A DNA stretch of 64,000 nucleotides, taken from contig JAKAJD010000001.1 of the NCBI GenBank assembly GCA_021813945.1, forward strand, positions 432,412 through 496,411. Reading direction: 5' to 3'. The DNA comes from a bacterium (GTDB taxonomy: Bacteria; Patescibacteriota; Microgenomatia; Curtissbacterales; GWA2-41-24). The notes beneath the pieces are model-generated. The model did no database searches and had not been told where the DNA came from. It saw only the letters and a list, made by a program, of their open reading frames with translations. Position 1 is the first letter of the stretch. Each line of letters begins with the position of its first letter. Shown in pieces: positions 1-10,443 of the stretch. Made by a program: the position numbers and the translations under genes.

Positions 1-241
1 CCAATTTTTTGTTTGCCAATTGTAAGTTTGCAGATAAATGGTTACCGAAACGTAGTAGATCTTTTGTGAACACTGTGTTTGGGCGCTAAACATATAATAT
101 CCATTAGAAGAGCTCTTCCAGTCGGCCGAATGCCCCCAGCAATCAACAGCGTAGGCGGGTGCGCTTACCCCAAAAAGAGAAAGTGGAATAACCACCGAAA
201 CCAAAGCCAAAAGAATTTTATAGATTGTTTTTTTAATAGGC

Positions 242-266
242 AGGCTAAGTTTTGTTAGCCTTTTTG
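242..266 (+). terminator. Candidate rho-independent terminator: hairpin AGGCTAA-gttttg-TTAGCCT followed by TTTTTG
   Basis: Perfect 7-bp inverted repeat with a 6-nt loop and a T5 run, read directly from sequence. It would serve a plus-strand transcript entering from upstream of the window. It does not fit the minus-strand gene ending at 267. Confidence 0.25.
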
Positions 267-602
267 TCATGGAAGAGTTACTCCGTTGTCTTGACCTGTG
301 CCTTCGATTACTTTTCCGTCTTTTTCTTCCTTATCAAGTTCATCTGCATACTGTCCCCACGATTTACAACCGGGCGGAGGGTCACCTCGAAATTGAGCTT
401 GTTCTGCTGGAGTTAGTTGTCTAATTGAATTTGGAACGTCGGCACAAACATTCACTTTTACGTCATTTGCCGATGCGCCCCTTGAAAGAAGCCCACCACC
501 TACCGCAACACCAACTACTGCGGCACCTGTTAATGTCGTTCGCAAACTGAACCTTGTTCGCCTCTGATTGGGACTTGGCCTGTATTCGCTATCCGGACGC
601 AT
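267..602 (-). CDS. Hypothetical exported protein with an N-terminal twin-arginine-like signal (QRRTRFSL followed by a hydrophobic stretch) and two Cys
   Basis: ORF of 111 aa. It has an RR motif plus an Ala/Val/Gly hydrophobic region. I recognise no catalytic motifs. Confidence 0.4.
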   Translation of the reverse strand: MRPDSEYRPSPNQRRTRFSLRTTLTGAAVVGVAVGGGLLSRGASANDVKVNVCADVPNSIRQLTPAEQAQFRGDPPPGCKSWGQYADELDKEEKDGKVIEGTGQDNGVTLP

Positions 603-658
603 TAAAATACCCTTCCAATTCTGACAGCATAATTATACTCTCCTGTGTCAACAGCCTA

Positions 659-859
659 TTAGCTCTCACGAATTGTCGATTCGATCATTTGCCTAACATC
701 TTCCTGCGAAGGAATTGGTGATCCAGGATGCCTGTCCGCCATATGGACATTTAGCGCATTTGGACTCATCATATTGATAAGATGCTTAATTGCATCATCC
801 TTTGAATCAGCATCAGTTTTCATTTTTATTCCACATCGACATTGTGCAGCGTAAGTCAT
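659..859 (-). CDS. Small hypothetical protein, possibly a DUF1059-like small metal-binding protein
   Basis: ORF of 66 aa with an N-terminal CxC motif. Assignment is weak and rests on length and composition only. Confidence 0.3.
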   Translation of the reverse strand: MTYAAQCRCGIKMKTDADSKDDAIKHLINMMSPNALNVHMADRHPGSPIPSQEDVRQMIESTIRES

Positions 860-878
860 TTTTCACCCCCTTAAAACA

Positions 879-1157
879 TTAATAGTTGTAAGTCGGTTGA
901 CCTTGATTCTGGCTTGGATTTTGATTTTGCAAAGGAGCACCATCAGGCATCGTGGGCGAAGGGGTTGGGGTGGAACTTGTAGTGCTATAAGATGGCACCA
1001 TATAATTGCCAGATGTGTTATATCCGCCCTTTCCGGCAATAAAGAAAAAATAAATTAGCCCATAAATGATAATTGCTGCAACAAGATATATCGCAATCCA
1101 CTGCCAAAGCGGCCTTTTTGCATAACTACCGCTGCTTTTTCCGTATTGTATTGCCAT
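879..1157 (-). CDS. Small membrane protein with one TM helix and a Ser/Thr/Pro/Gln-rich tail
   Basis: ORF of 92 aa. It has a hydrophobic helix (WIAIYLVAAIIIYGLIYFFFIA) followed by a low-complexity, probably extracellular tail. Confidence 0.35.
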   Translation of the reverse strand: MAIQYGKSSGSYAKRPLWQWIAIYLVAAIIIYGLIYFFFIAGKGGYNTSGNYMVPSYSTTSSTPTPSPTMPDGAPLQNQNPSQNQGQPTYNY

Positions 1158-1315
1158 TTCAAAAATACGTTATATTAATGGGATAAAAGCTAAATTAGAA
1201 TTTAGTAAGAACTTGGAAAGAAAATTTAACTTAGGATCTTTGCAATCACTATCATTCTATACCTCAAGAAAAGCTGCCACTTTAATAACTATTGCTATAA
1301 TTCAAAGTACTAGCT

Positions 1316-2959
1316 ATGTTTTCCAAATGGAAAATTAAATTTGCTCCTGCAAACTTTTTCGCAATCCTTATTCTTTTAAATGGCCTTTTAATAACAGTTG
1401 AAACCCTAACTGAACGCTTTCACAGAAGGTTTGACATCCTTTATCAATTTTTGCCCATAGAACTGCACTATTACCACAGAGTCATATCCGCCGTTATAGG
1501 CATTTCCCTAGTTTACCTTTCCATAAACCTCTTTGCCCGAAAGAGAATAGCCTATATCATTGCGTTGGTTCTTCTGGTTGTTGATGTAGCATTTGACATA
1601 AACTCACACCACCTAAGTCTTGGTTTAATCTTTTCTTCAGCACTGATTATTATTCTTGCCCTAAGAAGTCGTGATTTTCCAGTCAAAGTAGAGCCTGTTT
1701 ACGTTGGCAGAGGTCTTCTAATTTTCTCATTTGCAATTTTATTTGCCCTATTTTATGGAACCCTAGGCTTCTGGCTTTTGGACAAACGCGACTTTGGAAT
1801 CGACTTTAACATTCTAGAATCGTTTATAAGAACCCTCAAAGCATTCACTTTAGTTGGCAACAGTGATCTTATCGCAAGAACTCGAAACGCCCGTTGGTTT
1901 TTAGACTCCATTTCAGCAGTAGGCATAACATCCATTGCTGTTGGAATCTACAACCTCTTTCGCCCAATAGCCTACATACTGCGTACAAGACCGCAGGAAC
2001 GCGCTGAAGTTAAAACTATAGTAGAAAAGTTCGGCAGAAGCGATATGGATTTTTTCAAAACCTCAAGCGACAAATCTTATTTCTTTTCCGCAGGTCATCA
2101 AAGCGTTATTGCATATAAAACTGTCGGCGGTATTGCGCTGGCATTAGGTGATCCGGTTGGCCCAAATGCTCAGCTTCCTCAACTAATCAAAGACTTCCTC
2201 GCCTTTTGCAATACTTTAGGCTGGCGTCCAGTTTTTGTTTCAGTATCCGTTGAGTTACAACAAGTTTATAAAAATTTAGAGCTAAAAAGAATTAAAATTG
2301 GCGAAGAAGCAATAATCGACCTCGACTATTTCCTTACAGAAACAATCCGCAAAAAAGATTACCGACGTGTACTAAAAAAATTCGACGAGTTAGGTTACAC
2401 AGCAATATTTTCCAATCCTCCACAAGATCAAAATCTCGTCGCCTCTCTTTTTGAAGTCAACAAAAGCTGGCTTACCTTAGAAGGTCGCCGCGATATGGCT
2501 TTTGCTCTAGGCAAGTTTGAAACAAACTACATTACCCAAAGTCCTATTTTTTACATTACAGACCCGACAGGAAAAATCATTGCCTTTGTCAACGAAATCC
2601 CCGCCTACCAACAAGGTATGGCCAACATAGATCTGATGAGGCACGTTCGTGAAATCCCAAACGGTATGATGGATTATCTTTTTGCTAAATATTTTATTAA
2701 CTTAAAGGAGCGCGGATTTGAAAAGTTTAACCTCGGGCTTGCCCCATTGGCCGGATATTCACCCGAAAAAGGCAGCTACGGCGAACAACTTATCTATCGA
2801 ATAATAAATTATCTGGACAGGTTTTTCTCTTTTTCAGGTCTCAGGTCCTATAAACAAAAATTCGATCCTGTCTGGCAAAGCAGTTATCTGGTATACCAAG
2901 GGAATCCTGTCGCCCTAGTCCCAATCGCCCTTGCTATCCAAAAAGCAATGGAGGCCTAA
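1316..2959 (+). CDS. MprF-like phosphatidylglycerol lysyltransferase. It has about 6 TM helices fused to a C-terminal LPG-synthase (DUF2156-type) domain
   Basis: The N-terminal polytopic hydrophobic region is followed by a roughly 300-aa soluble domain. That domain has the look of the aminoacyl-PG synthase C-terminal family. Recall-based, not searched. Confidence 0.55.
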   Translation: MFSKWKIKFAPANFFAILILLNGLLITVETLTERFHRRFDILYQFLPIELHYYHRVISAVIGISLVYLSINLFARKRIAYIIALVLLVVDVAFDINSHHLSLGLIFSSALIIILALRSRDFPVKVEPVYVGRGLLIFSFAILFALFYGTLGFWLLDKRDFGIDFNILESFIRTLKAFTLVGNSDLIARTRNARWFLDSISAVGITSIAVGIYNLFRPIAYILRTRPQERAEVKTIVEKFGRSDMDFFKTSSDKSYFFSAGHQSVIAYKTVGGIALALGDPVGPNAQLPQLIKDFLAFCNTLGWRPVFVSVSVELQQVYKNLELKRIKIGEEAIIDLDYFLTETIRKKDYRRVLKKFDELGYTAIFSNPPQDQNLVASLFEVNKSWLTLEGRRDMAFALGKFETNYITQSPIFYITDPTGKIIAFVNEIPAYQQGMANIDLMRHVREIPNGMMDYLFAKYFINLKERGFEKFNLGLAPLAGYSPEKGSYGEQLIYRIINYLDRFFSFSGLRSYKQKFDPVWQSSYLVYQGNPVALVPIALAIQKAMEA

Positions 2960-2993
2960 GGGCCGTATTTTATAAAAAGAAGCATCCGCATAC

Positions 2994-3881
2994 CTACCTC
3001 AAATTAATTCTCATTCTATCAAATGCAAACTGCAAAGCCCGCAAAAACGGTGAAATCAATAAGCCCACGCGCGGATGCAATATTGGATATACTTTTATCG
3101 CCCTCCAATATCTGTAAGGGTTTTTCGGTGGTCGCACAAGCCCTTTAGTTGTTAAAACCCAGTCCGCATCGTCTATCCTAAAGGAACGATCTTTGTCCGG
3201 AGTCAGCTGGAGGTTTCTTTTGCGCTCTTGCCCCAAAAACAGGTCCTCAAAACCGCCCGCATGGGAATAATCATGGTCTTGATGCACTGCACAAATGGAA
3301 TTGGTTGCATCAATTAGGGGTATTTTTAAGTTTCTTGCCTGATACAAAAACCAATTGTCCCAAACCCACCTCCCAATAACAAATGGGGGGATATCAAAAT
3401 TCATGTTTTTTGGGAATATAAAGTAATCTACCGCCTTATTGGATTTAACTTGCGTCCTTTCATTAAGTTTTTTTGAAAGTTCTTTCCTCCAATTTTTCTC
3501 AAAATTAATCTTAGAATTCACTTCAAGTTCAAATCTTCTCCCAACCACTAAAAATTTAGAAAATTTAATCTTCTGGAGGCCCCTTTGGAAATCCTCAAGA
3601 AAAATTATGTCGGCATTTACATACGCCATAATCGGAAATTTAGATGCACTTTTCGCTTTGGCAAACAAATCCGACACTAAAGGTGTTCCGAGCTTACTGA
3701 TTTTTACCTTGGGAATGTGAAGTAATCCGTACTTTTTAGCAATCTGGCCAACACCAAAACTGCTGCCTAAAAGAATTATTTCTGGTCTTGGCCTAAGTTT
3801 GCACCAACTGGCAATAGCATTTTCTTGAATAACCGCAAAGTGGCCCTTAAAATCCTTTGGGGTCGCAAATAATGTCAGCAT
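2994..3881 (-). CDS. Hypothetical protein in the glycan cluster, possibly a nucleotide-sugar transferase or glycosyltransferase fold
   Basis: ORF of 295 aa, immediately downstream of and co-oriented with the epimerase/dehydrogenase genes. I see no diagnostic motif. Confidence 0.35.
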   Translation of the reverse strand: MLTLFATPKDFKGHFAVIQENAIASWCKLRPRPEIILLGSSFGVGQIAKKYGLLHIPKVKISKLGTPLVSDLFAKAKSASKFPIMAYVNADIIFLEDFQRGLQKIKFSKFLVVGRRFELEVNSKINFEKNWRKELSKKLNERTQVKSNKAVDYFIFPKNMNFDIPPFVIGRWVWDNWFLYQARNLKIPLIDATNSICAVHQDHDYSHAGGFEDLFLGQERKRNLQLTPDKDRSFRIDDADWVLTTKGLVRPPKNPYRYWRAIKVYPILHPRVGLLISPFLRALQFAFDRMRINLR

Positions 3882-3903
3882 CTAAAGCAAACCTCATTTT
3901 CCC

Positions 3904-5007
3904 CTAGCCTATTTCGTAAAATCTTCCCTTATCCATAACCCCATTGGTTTTCTTCTTCGCCCGCGCAACCCGAGCCAGATGTTTTCGCTCTATTAGCATG
4001 CCATTTAGCATTTTTTCAATCTTACTAGTGTCTTTGCTGGCAAAATACCATTCAATAGTTTCCTTAACCCCATCTGCAAATTTCACTTTAGGTTCCCAGC
4101 CAAGAAGCTCTTTTGCCAAACTGTTATTTGCAACGCGATTCGCCGGCCCAGTCGGCATTTCGGGGTGAAGTTCAATCTCGGCTTGATGACCAGTTAAAGA
4201 AAGAATCGTCTGGGCAGTTTCCAAAACCGAAAGCCTTTCCTCCGTACCAAGATTAACACTCGTACCGTCATCAATTTTCTCAGCGGCCAAAACAAAACCG
4301 GAAACTATATCTCCTACATATGTCCAGTTCCTAACCTGCCTGCCGTTACCCCAAACAATAAAAGGGTTTTGTTTGATAAATGCTCTGGCAATCATAGCTA
4401 CAACCGCGTGGTCTTCCTTTGCCCTCGGGCCGTAAACCACGAAAAAGCGGCAGGAAGCAGACTTCATACCAAACTCCTTTGTATAAGCCTTAAGGGTCAT
4501 TTCGGCCATCAATTTTGCCCAACCGTACATATTATCGGCGTCATATGGTGGGCCTACTTGCTGCTCGGAAAGATAAAGTTTTTTGGTTGGATCTATTTGT
4601 AAATAGTTTGGGTAAACACAACCCGAAGACGCAAAAACTATTTTCTCTACACCGCTTTTGTGTGCCTGCCAAAAAAGGTTGCCATCTAAAAGCAGATTCC
4701 CCGCCGGACCCGCTTGATGAAGGTCTACATATCCGCGCCCACCATGGTCGCCAGCCAAATGAAAAATTAAGTCCACTCCCTTAACAGATTTTTTGGCAAC
4801 CTTCGTCTCTCTTAAATCACCTTTTATAAATTCTATGTTTTTATTTGTGACATGGTGTCTGATATTTTCCAAAGTTCCAGAAGACAAATCGTCAACGACC
4901 CTGACATCCACATTTTTGCAAACTAAAAGGTCCACCAAGTGTGAGCCGATAAATGAAGCCCCACCAGTCACCAAAACCTTCTTTCTTTTCCAAAAATTTT
5001 TGTTCAT
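3904..5007 (-). CDS. NAD-dependent nucleotide-sugar epimerase/dehydratase (SDR extended family)
   Basis: N-terminal Rossmann motif VLVTGGASFIGSHLV. The length is typical of an extended SDR. It overlaps the dehydrogenase gene by 4 nt. Confidence 0.8.
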   Translation of the reverse strand: MNKNFWKRKKVLVTGGASFIGSHLVDLLVCKNVDVRVVDDLSSGTLENIRHHVTNKNIEFIKGDLRETKVAKKSVKGVDLIFHLAGDHGGRGYVDLHQAGPAGNLLLDGNLFWQAHKSGVEKIVFASSGCVYPNYLQIDPTKKLYLSEQQVGPPYDADNMYGWAKLMAEMTLKAYTKEFGMKSASCRFFVVYGPRAKEDHAVVAMIARAFIKQNPFIVWGNGRQVRNWTYVGDIVSGFVLAAEKIDDGTSVNLGTEERLSVLETAQTILSLTGHQAEIELHPEMPTGPANRVANNSLAKELLGWEPKVKFADGVKETIEWYFASKDTSKIEKMLNGMLIERKHLARVARAKKKTNGVMDKGRFYEIG

Positions 5008-6338
5008 CTGAAATTTCGCAAAGAACCAGTACCTAGTGTCTCGTATAAAAAACGCTTACTGTATTTTAGCGGATCAAGAATTCGCCAGCAATCCACTAAA
5101 ACCGGCTTTTTTGCTCCGGAATTTTTTGCCCCCACCCCAATCTTTTTAAAATCCTCCCAGGGGGTGGTAATAACTATTACACCTGCACCATCGACAGAAT
5201 CTTTCATTGACTTGGCAAAAATTATGTTTGGTAAAACCAGGTCTTTTGCTTTTGCCATCGCTTTTGGGTCCCATACTGAAACCCGAAAGCCGCTTTGCGA
5301 CAACATGTTGGCGATCCGAACACCTGCGGACTCCTCTGCTACATCAGTTCCTGCTTTATACGCCAAACCAAGTATTGCTATCTTAGGCCGCTTCGTCGAT
5401 AGAATTTTGTTAAGCTTCTCAGCAACCCTAAAAGCCATGTCCTCGTTGACTAAATCGGAAGCCTTAGCAATCGGTGCCCAAACTCCGACCTTCTTGGCAA
5501 AAGACGAAAAAGCCCGGTTGTCTCGTGGAAAACAGGGGCCGCCATAAGGAAGGCCACCTTTCAGATACCTCCCGCCTACCCGAACATCTTGCCCGATTGC
5601 CCCAGTTATCAAATCGCAATCGCCACCAGGCACCTTTTCGCAAATTACAGAAAGAGTATTGGCAAAAGAGATTTTCGTTGTAATATAAGAATTCAGGGCA
5701 ATCTTGGCAATTTCCGCGTTGACGAAATTCATTCTGGAAACCGGAGGCTTATTCATACAAAACCTAAGATAAAAACCCTTTAGTATATCCCCCGATCTTT
5801 TGTCCGATTCTCCAATCAGAACAAAGTCCGGTCTTATAAGATTTGCAACAACCGAGCCCAAAGCTATAAATTCCGGGTTGTAACACACCCCAATGTCCAG
5901 GCCAACTTTTTTACCGGACGATCTCTCGAGCTCAGGAACAATTTCCGCATCCATCGAGGTAGGCATAACCGTTGATACAACAACAACTAAATGAAATTTA
6001 TTTTTTGTTGCCAAAACTTTCCCTACATTTTGAATAACGCCCAATACGTACTTATTGGAAAACGCTCCACTTTTTGTACTTGGAGTTGGCACAATTATAA
6101 AAGTGATGTCGGAATTATAAATAGCATCACTGTAATCTAAAGTAGCTCTAATCCTTCTGCGGTTTTTGGCAATCAGCTTACTAAGCCCCGGTTCATCAAC
6201 GGGGGCCTTGCCGCGATTTAAAAGTCTGACAAAATTTTCGTTAGTATCTACACCTATAACACCGAATCCACGGGAAGCGCAGACCGCCAAAAGAGGGCTA
6301 CCTAATTTACCAAGTCCTACAACAGAAATAGTTTGCAT
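5004..6338 (-). CDS. Nucleotide-sugar dehydrogenase (UDP-glucose / UDP-ManNAc / GDP-mannose dehydrogenase family)
   Basis: N-terminal VVGLGKLGSP NAD-binding motif. Catalytic Cys motif GGPCFPRD. Length 444 aa. Confidence 0.85.
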   Translation of the reverse strand: MQTISVVGLGKLGSPLLAVCASRGFGVIGVDTNENFVRLLNRGKAPVDEPGLSKLIAKNRRRIRATLDYSDAIYNSDITFIIVPTPSTKSGAFSNKYVLGVIQNVGKVLATKNKFHLVVVVSTVMPTSMDAEIVPELERSSGKKVGLDIGVCYNPEFIALGSVVANLIRPDFVLIGESDKRSGDILKGFYLRFCMNKPPVSRMNFVNAEIAKIALNSYITTKISFANTLSVICEKVPGGDCDLITGAIGQDVRVGGRYLKGGLPYGGPCFPRDNRAFSSFAKKVGVWAPIAKASDLVNEDMAFRVAEKLNKILSTKRPKIAILGLAYKAGTDVAEESAGVRIANMLSQSGFRVSVWDPKAMAKAKDLVLPNIIFAKSMKDSVDGAGVIVITTPWEDFKKIGVGAKNSGAKKPVLVDCWRILDPLKYSKRFLYETLGTGSLRNFR

Positions 6339-7984
6339 TATTTAATAAAAAGATGTTTGGCAGCAACAGGCATCCTCCACCCCGGTCCAAACGCCCGCCC
6401 GGTCACCTTTAACGTTGGTGGAGCTTGCCGTCTTTTAAACTCTGCGTTAGCTATCATAGAAAAAACTTTCCTGACAAGTTTTTTTTCAAAACCTTCCTTA
6501 ACAATCTCATTAGGTCCTTTCTGTTTTTCGACATATAAGTAAAGAATCTTATCAAGAACATCATAAGGCGGCAAGATGTCTTGATCCTTTTGGTTTGGCC
6601 GAAGTTCTGCAGAGGGCGGCTTTCTGATCACATTCTTTGGGATAACCTCATTTTTTCTGTTTATCCACTTTGCTAAGTTATAAACTTGCGTTTTGAAAAG
6701 ATCTCCAATCACAGCTTGCCCCCCCGCCAAATCCCCATAAAGAGTGGTATAGCCGACAGTCAGTTCCGATTTATTACCAGTAGAAAGAACCAACGATCCG
6801 TATTTATTGGAAAGAGCCATTAAGATATTGCCTCTAATTCTCGCTTGAATATTTTCCTCGGTAATATCCCTTTTAAACGGCGCAAATGCTTTTTCCAAAG
6901 ACTTGCCGTAAGACTCCATAAGTGGTGTTATGGGAATAGTGACCGTTCTGATCCCAAGATTTTTCGCTAGTTTCAATGCGTCGCTAATACTTTCTGAAGC
7001 AGTATAAGGCGATGGCATAAGTACACCGGTAACGCCTTTTTTGCCCAACGCATTTTGGGCAATACAGGCAACAACTGAAGAATCAATCCCACCGGAAAGT
7101 CCGATCAGCGCACTTTTAAACCCGCACTTTCCCATATAATCGGAAAGCCCCAGGGACAAAGCTTTGTAAATACTCTCGATATCTGAAGGGTACTTGCTAA
7201 TTTGACTGCCAGAAAGCTTCTCAATATCCAAAACCAAAACATCTTCTTCAAACGCCCTCGCGCGGGCCCTTAGCTTTCCTTTTTTATCAAAAATCAAACT
7301 GGCGCCATCAAAAATTAAATCATCATTTGAACCAACTTGATTGACATAAATTATCGCCACTTTGTGCTTCCTGCTTGCGCTTTTTATCATCAATTCTCGA
7401 AGTTTTTGTTTTCCGGCGCTAAAGGGTGACGAAGACAAGTTAATTATGAGGTCAACTTTATCTTGAGCAAGCATTTCAACCGGGTCATACTTATATCGTG
7501 GCCGTTTCCAAAAATCGCGGTCATTCCACAAATCCTCACAAATGGAAACACCTATCTTTTGGTTCCGAAAACTCAAAGTTTGAACGCCTTCGCCAGGCTC
7601 AAAATACCTGTCTTCATCAAAAACATCGTATGTCGGAAGAAGTGATTTGAGAAATATTTTTTTAACAATTCCGTCTTCCAAAAAAGCCGCACAATTATAA
7701 AGCGGCCTGCCTTGCTTGTTTTTATTGGCAGTGGCAGTACCAACCAAAATGGGTGGCAAAGATTTGCTGTCTTTCGCAAGTTTTTGCATAACATTCCAAG
7801 ATTTTTTTATAAAGTCCGCGCTAAGCAACAAGTCACGGGGCGGATATCCCAAAAGGGCCAGCTCCGAGGTAACGCAAAGTTCCGCGCCTTTTGACTTTGC
7901 CATTTTGGCAAACTTTAAAATCTTGTTTGCGTTGCCAGCCAAATCCCCAACCGTTGGATTAAATTGTAATAATGCAACTTTCAT
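6338..7984 (-). CDS. nadE: Glutamine-dependent NAD+ synthetase (N-terminal CN-hydrolase domain plus C-terminal NAD synthase domain)
   Basis: N-terminal nitrilase-like MKVALLQFNPTVGDL. PP-loop SGGIDSS in the C-terminal half. Length 548 aa. Confidence 0.85.
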   Translation of the reverse strand: MKVALLQFNPTVGDLAGNANKILKFAKMAKSKGAELCVTSELALLGYPPRDLLLSADFIKKSWNVMQKLAKDSKSLPPILVGTATANKNKQGRPLYNCAAFLEDGIVKKIFLKSLLPTYDVFDEDRYFEPGEGVQTLSFRNQKIGVSICEDLWNDRDFWKRPRYKYDPVEMLAQDKVDLIINLSSSPFSAGKQKLRELMIKSASRKHKVAIIYVNQVGSNDDLIFDGASLIFDKKGKLRARARAFEEDVLVLDIEKLSGSQISKYPSDIESIYKALSLGLSDYMGKCGFKSALIGLSGGIDSSVVACIAQNALGKKGVTGVLMPSPYTASESISDALKLAKNLGIRTVTIPITPLMESYGKSLEKAFAPFKRDITEENIQARIRGNILMALSNKYGSLVLSTGNKSELTVGYTTLYGDLAGGQAVIGDLFKTQVYNLAKWINRKNEVIPKNVIRKPPSAELRPNQKDQDILPPYDVLDKILYLYVEKQKGPNEIVKEGFEKKLVRKVFSMIANAEFKRRQAPPTLKVTGRAFGPGWRMPVAAKHLFIK

Positions 7985-7993
7985 CTAAAATCT

Positions 7994-9610
7994 TTAGGGT
8001 TTAAACACCTGATACGAGGCAATTATATTTTCTGTTCCATTTATAGCTTTAAGGCTGGTCAATTTTCCAATTAGCCCTGACCTTTTGTTAAATGTGTAGA
8101 AATGATAACCAAATTTTCTTAAAAATTTTAAAGGTTCCAAGTTAGAGACCTCTACCAAAATCAATGGTTTAAACTTTTTAATTACATCTATTGCACCTAA
8201 AATAACTTTCATCTCATGACCCTCAACATCAATCTTTAAAACATCCAAAGAGGATACTGGGTGCTTTTTAAAAAACCAGTCGAGTGTAATCGTTTTAACT
8301 TTTTCAACTCGGATCGGTTTTATCGCATCATAAATAAATTCACCGAGTGTATTGTGACCACTGTAAAAATTATTTGCGACATGCAACTTTGCCCAGTGAT
8401 TTTTTTCACCCACTGCATATTCAAAACTTCTGATGACTTTTTTAAATCTTCTTGCGTTTTGTCTAAGCAACCTATACTCTCTTCTACTGGGTTCAAAACA
8501 AAAAACTCGCCCTTTTTCTCCAACGATAGACGCCGCGAAAACCGAATAAAGCCCAATGTTTGCGCCAACGTCTACAAATTTCATTTCTTTTTTTAGAAAA
8601 CGGCTCAAAAACAAGAACTGCAACGGCTCATAGACACCTTCAACAAAAACACATCTTGAAATCTCGCTCTCAAGATCAATTGTTAATTTTGCCTTGTTGT
8701 ACCATAAAATTGTTAGCCTCCTCGGCTTTCCCATTTTTATTTCCAGAAGCTCCCATAAGCGTTTTAAGAAAGTCCTGTATCCGTTTAAATTACCCTCCAA
8801 TAATCCAGTGTGCCAATTAAAAATATTAGATATTTCTCTCGGTCTATAAATAAATTGTGCAAAAGATTTTAATATTAAAGAAGGTAATTTCGAAAGAAAA
8901 TCTCTTCGATAGAGTTCATGGCCATCAAAAACTGGGGTCAGCTTATCGTTTACTAATTTGGTCCTTGAGGCAATAAATATTTGCCTTATTAAATGACCGT
9001 CTTTTAAATGCGTTTTATCTGCCCTATATTTGAACAGAAAATCAGGATGCTTTGGTACAACTCTTGGAACATAAACATAACCAAAACCGTTTGCCCTAAG
9101 GTGAGAAATTACAAACCGTGGAGACGGTCGACAACCGACTCCCGCAAGCGCCTGATTAACTGACTGGGTATCTTTGACCAGCTGTACTTCAAATTCGTCG
9201 GAATCAACAATACAAGTTTCTATTAACATCAACTCTTTGCAAATCCTGCTTAGGTTTTTGATGACATAATCCGGCTTTTTGGTGTGGTACAAAAGTCCGT
9301 AACAAAAAACAACGTCGAAGTTTCCGTATTTAGAGAAATCCTCACTCTCAACATCTGCAACCCTGCCCTTAAGTTTCGGATAACGCGCCCTAAGGCTTAT
9401 GATGTTCTCCTTTCTACCGTCTATACCTAATACATCGCAATTATTTTTAAGAAAAAATTGGGCAAGATGGCCAACACCACAACCCACATCAATAACTTTT
9501 CTGCCGGAAAAATCCAGCCCAAGTGATCCCAAATGTTTTAATCTGGCCTTATTAATCCGAATTGCCTTTGGCTCGTCAAAAACCCAAGTTTTTTCAGATA
9601 ACTTAATCAT
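7994..9610 (-). CDS. Double-domain methyltransferase: an N-terminal class I SAM-MTase fused to a C-terminal FkbM-family MTase
   Basis: N-terminal VIDVGCGVGHLAQ glycine-rich SAM motif. The C-terminal VDVGANIGLYSV motif is typical of the FkbM family. Confidence 0.7.
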   Translation of the reverse strand: MIKLSEKTWVFDEPKAIRINKARLKHLGSLGLDFSGRKVIDVGCGVGHLAQFFLKNNCDVLGIDGRKENIISLRARYPKLKGRVADVESEDFSKYGNFDVVFCYGLLYHTKKPDYVIKNLSRICKELMLIETCIVDSDEFEVQLVKDTQSVNQALAGVGCRPSPRFVISHLRANGFGYVYVPRVVPKHPDFLFKYRADKTHLKDGHLIRQIFIASRTKLVNDKLTPVFDGHELYRRDFLSKLPSLILKSFAQFIYRPREISNIFNWHTGLLEGNLNGYRTFLKRLWELLEIKMGKPRRLTILWYNKAKLTIDLESEISRCVFVEGVYEPLQFLFLSRFLKKEMKFVDVGANIGLYSVFAASIVGEKGRVFCFEPSRREYRLLRQNARRFKKVIRSFEYAVGEKNHWAKLHVANNFYSGHNTLGEFIYDAIKPIRVEKVKTITLDWFFKKHPVSSLDVLKIDVEGHEMKVILGAIDVIKKFKPLILVEVSNLEPLKFLRKFGYHFYTFNKRSGLIGKLTSLKAINGTENIIASYQVFKP

Positions 9611-10442
9611 TTGCCAAGGTGGGTTTTGCAGTAATTAGTAAATGCCAACCGATTGAAGTTTCAAGCAATCTAAATAGTGATTTCGGCAAGTATCGGAAAT
9701 ACCAAACTTTTCTATATCGGTATTTCTTATAATCGGGTATTTGGTAAGGAAAAATATGGTCTGCGCAAATGTCTTTAATTTTAAAACCTCTTAAAAGTTT
9801 TTTTGCCTGTGTTCTCGAATATACATAAGTCACAGGCGAGCCTGTTGCCGCCTCTGAGTGTCTGGCAATAAGTTCGTCCAAGGTCCAAAATGCGCCCTTA
9901 CCATATTTAAAAAGTATCCAAAGTACCTTCCAGGAGTATCGGTTATAGATCATTAATTTAAATACAGTGTTTTTATCTGCGTATTTTTTTATTTCTTTGA
10001 TAGCTTTTTCGGGGTGGGGTGTATGATGGATAACACCAAAGGAATAAATTAAATCGTATCGTCTAATAGGAACGGTTTTCGATAATTCCTCAACATTTGC
10101 AAGATAAAATTTAATCTTGTTTTGCAACCCAAAAACCTTAGCCCTGCGCTTGGCAATATCCAATGATTTTTTCGAAAGTTCAACGGCGGTAACTTTTGCG
10201 CCATGTCTTGCAAAATTTATAGTATCGGTTCCAATACCGCAGCCGATTTCCAAAACACTTTTCCCGCGCCACTTGTCAAATTGTGCAAACGAGACAATAT
10301 GCTGTTCAACAAAATATTTTCTTTTCTCAACCTCGTTGAAGTATTTTTTTGTCCCAATCCTGGATTTTGAGTGTCTAATATTGCAAGGTCTTGCATCCCA
10401 AAACCGTTGAACATCGCCTACAGTTGCTTTCCCAAACCCCAT
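9603..10442 (-). CDS. Class I SAM-dependent methyltransferase
   Basis: VLEIGCGIGTDT motif. Length 279 aa. Co-directional within the glycan cluster. Confidence 0.7.
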   Translation of the reverse strand: MGFGKATVGDVQRFWDARPCNIRHSKSRIGTKKYFNEVEKRKYFVEQHIVSFAQFDKWRGKSVLEIGCGIGTDTINFARHGAKVTAVELSKKSLDIAKRRAKVFGLQNKIKFYLANVEELSKTVPIRRYDLIYSFGVIHHTPHPEKAIKEIKKYADKNTVFKLMIYNRYSWKVLWILFKYGKGAFWTLDELIARHSEAATGSPVTYVYSRTQAKKLLRGFKIKDICADHIFPYQIPDYKKYRYRKVWYFRYLPKSLFRLLETSIGWHLLITAKPTLAND

Positions 10443-10443
10443 T

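Noticed and set aside
1753-8596. Many short ORFs on the strand opposite to long, well-supported genes, for example 1753-1935, 3439-3720, 3944-4168, 4369-5011, 5164-5783, 7463-7988 and 8261-8820
   Set aside because: Each is fully contained within and antisense to a gene with clear family motifs. They have low-complexity translations and no SD. I treat them as spurious shadow ORFs.
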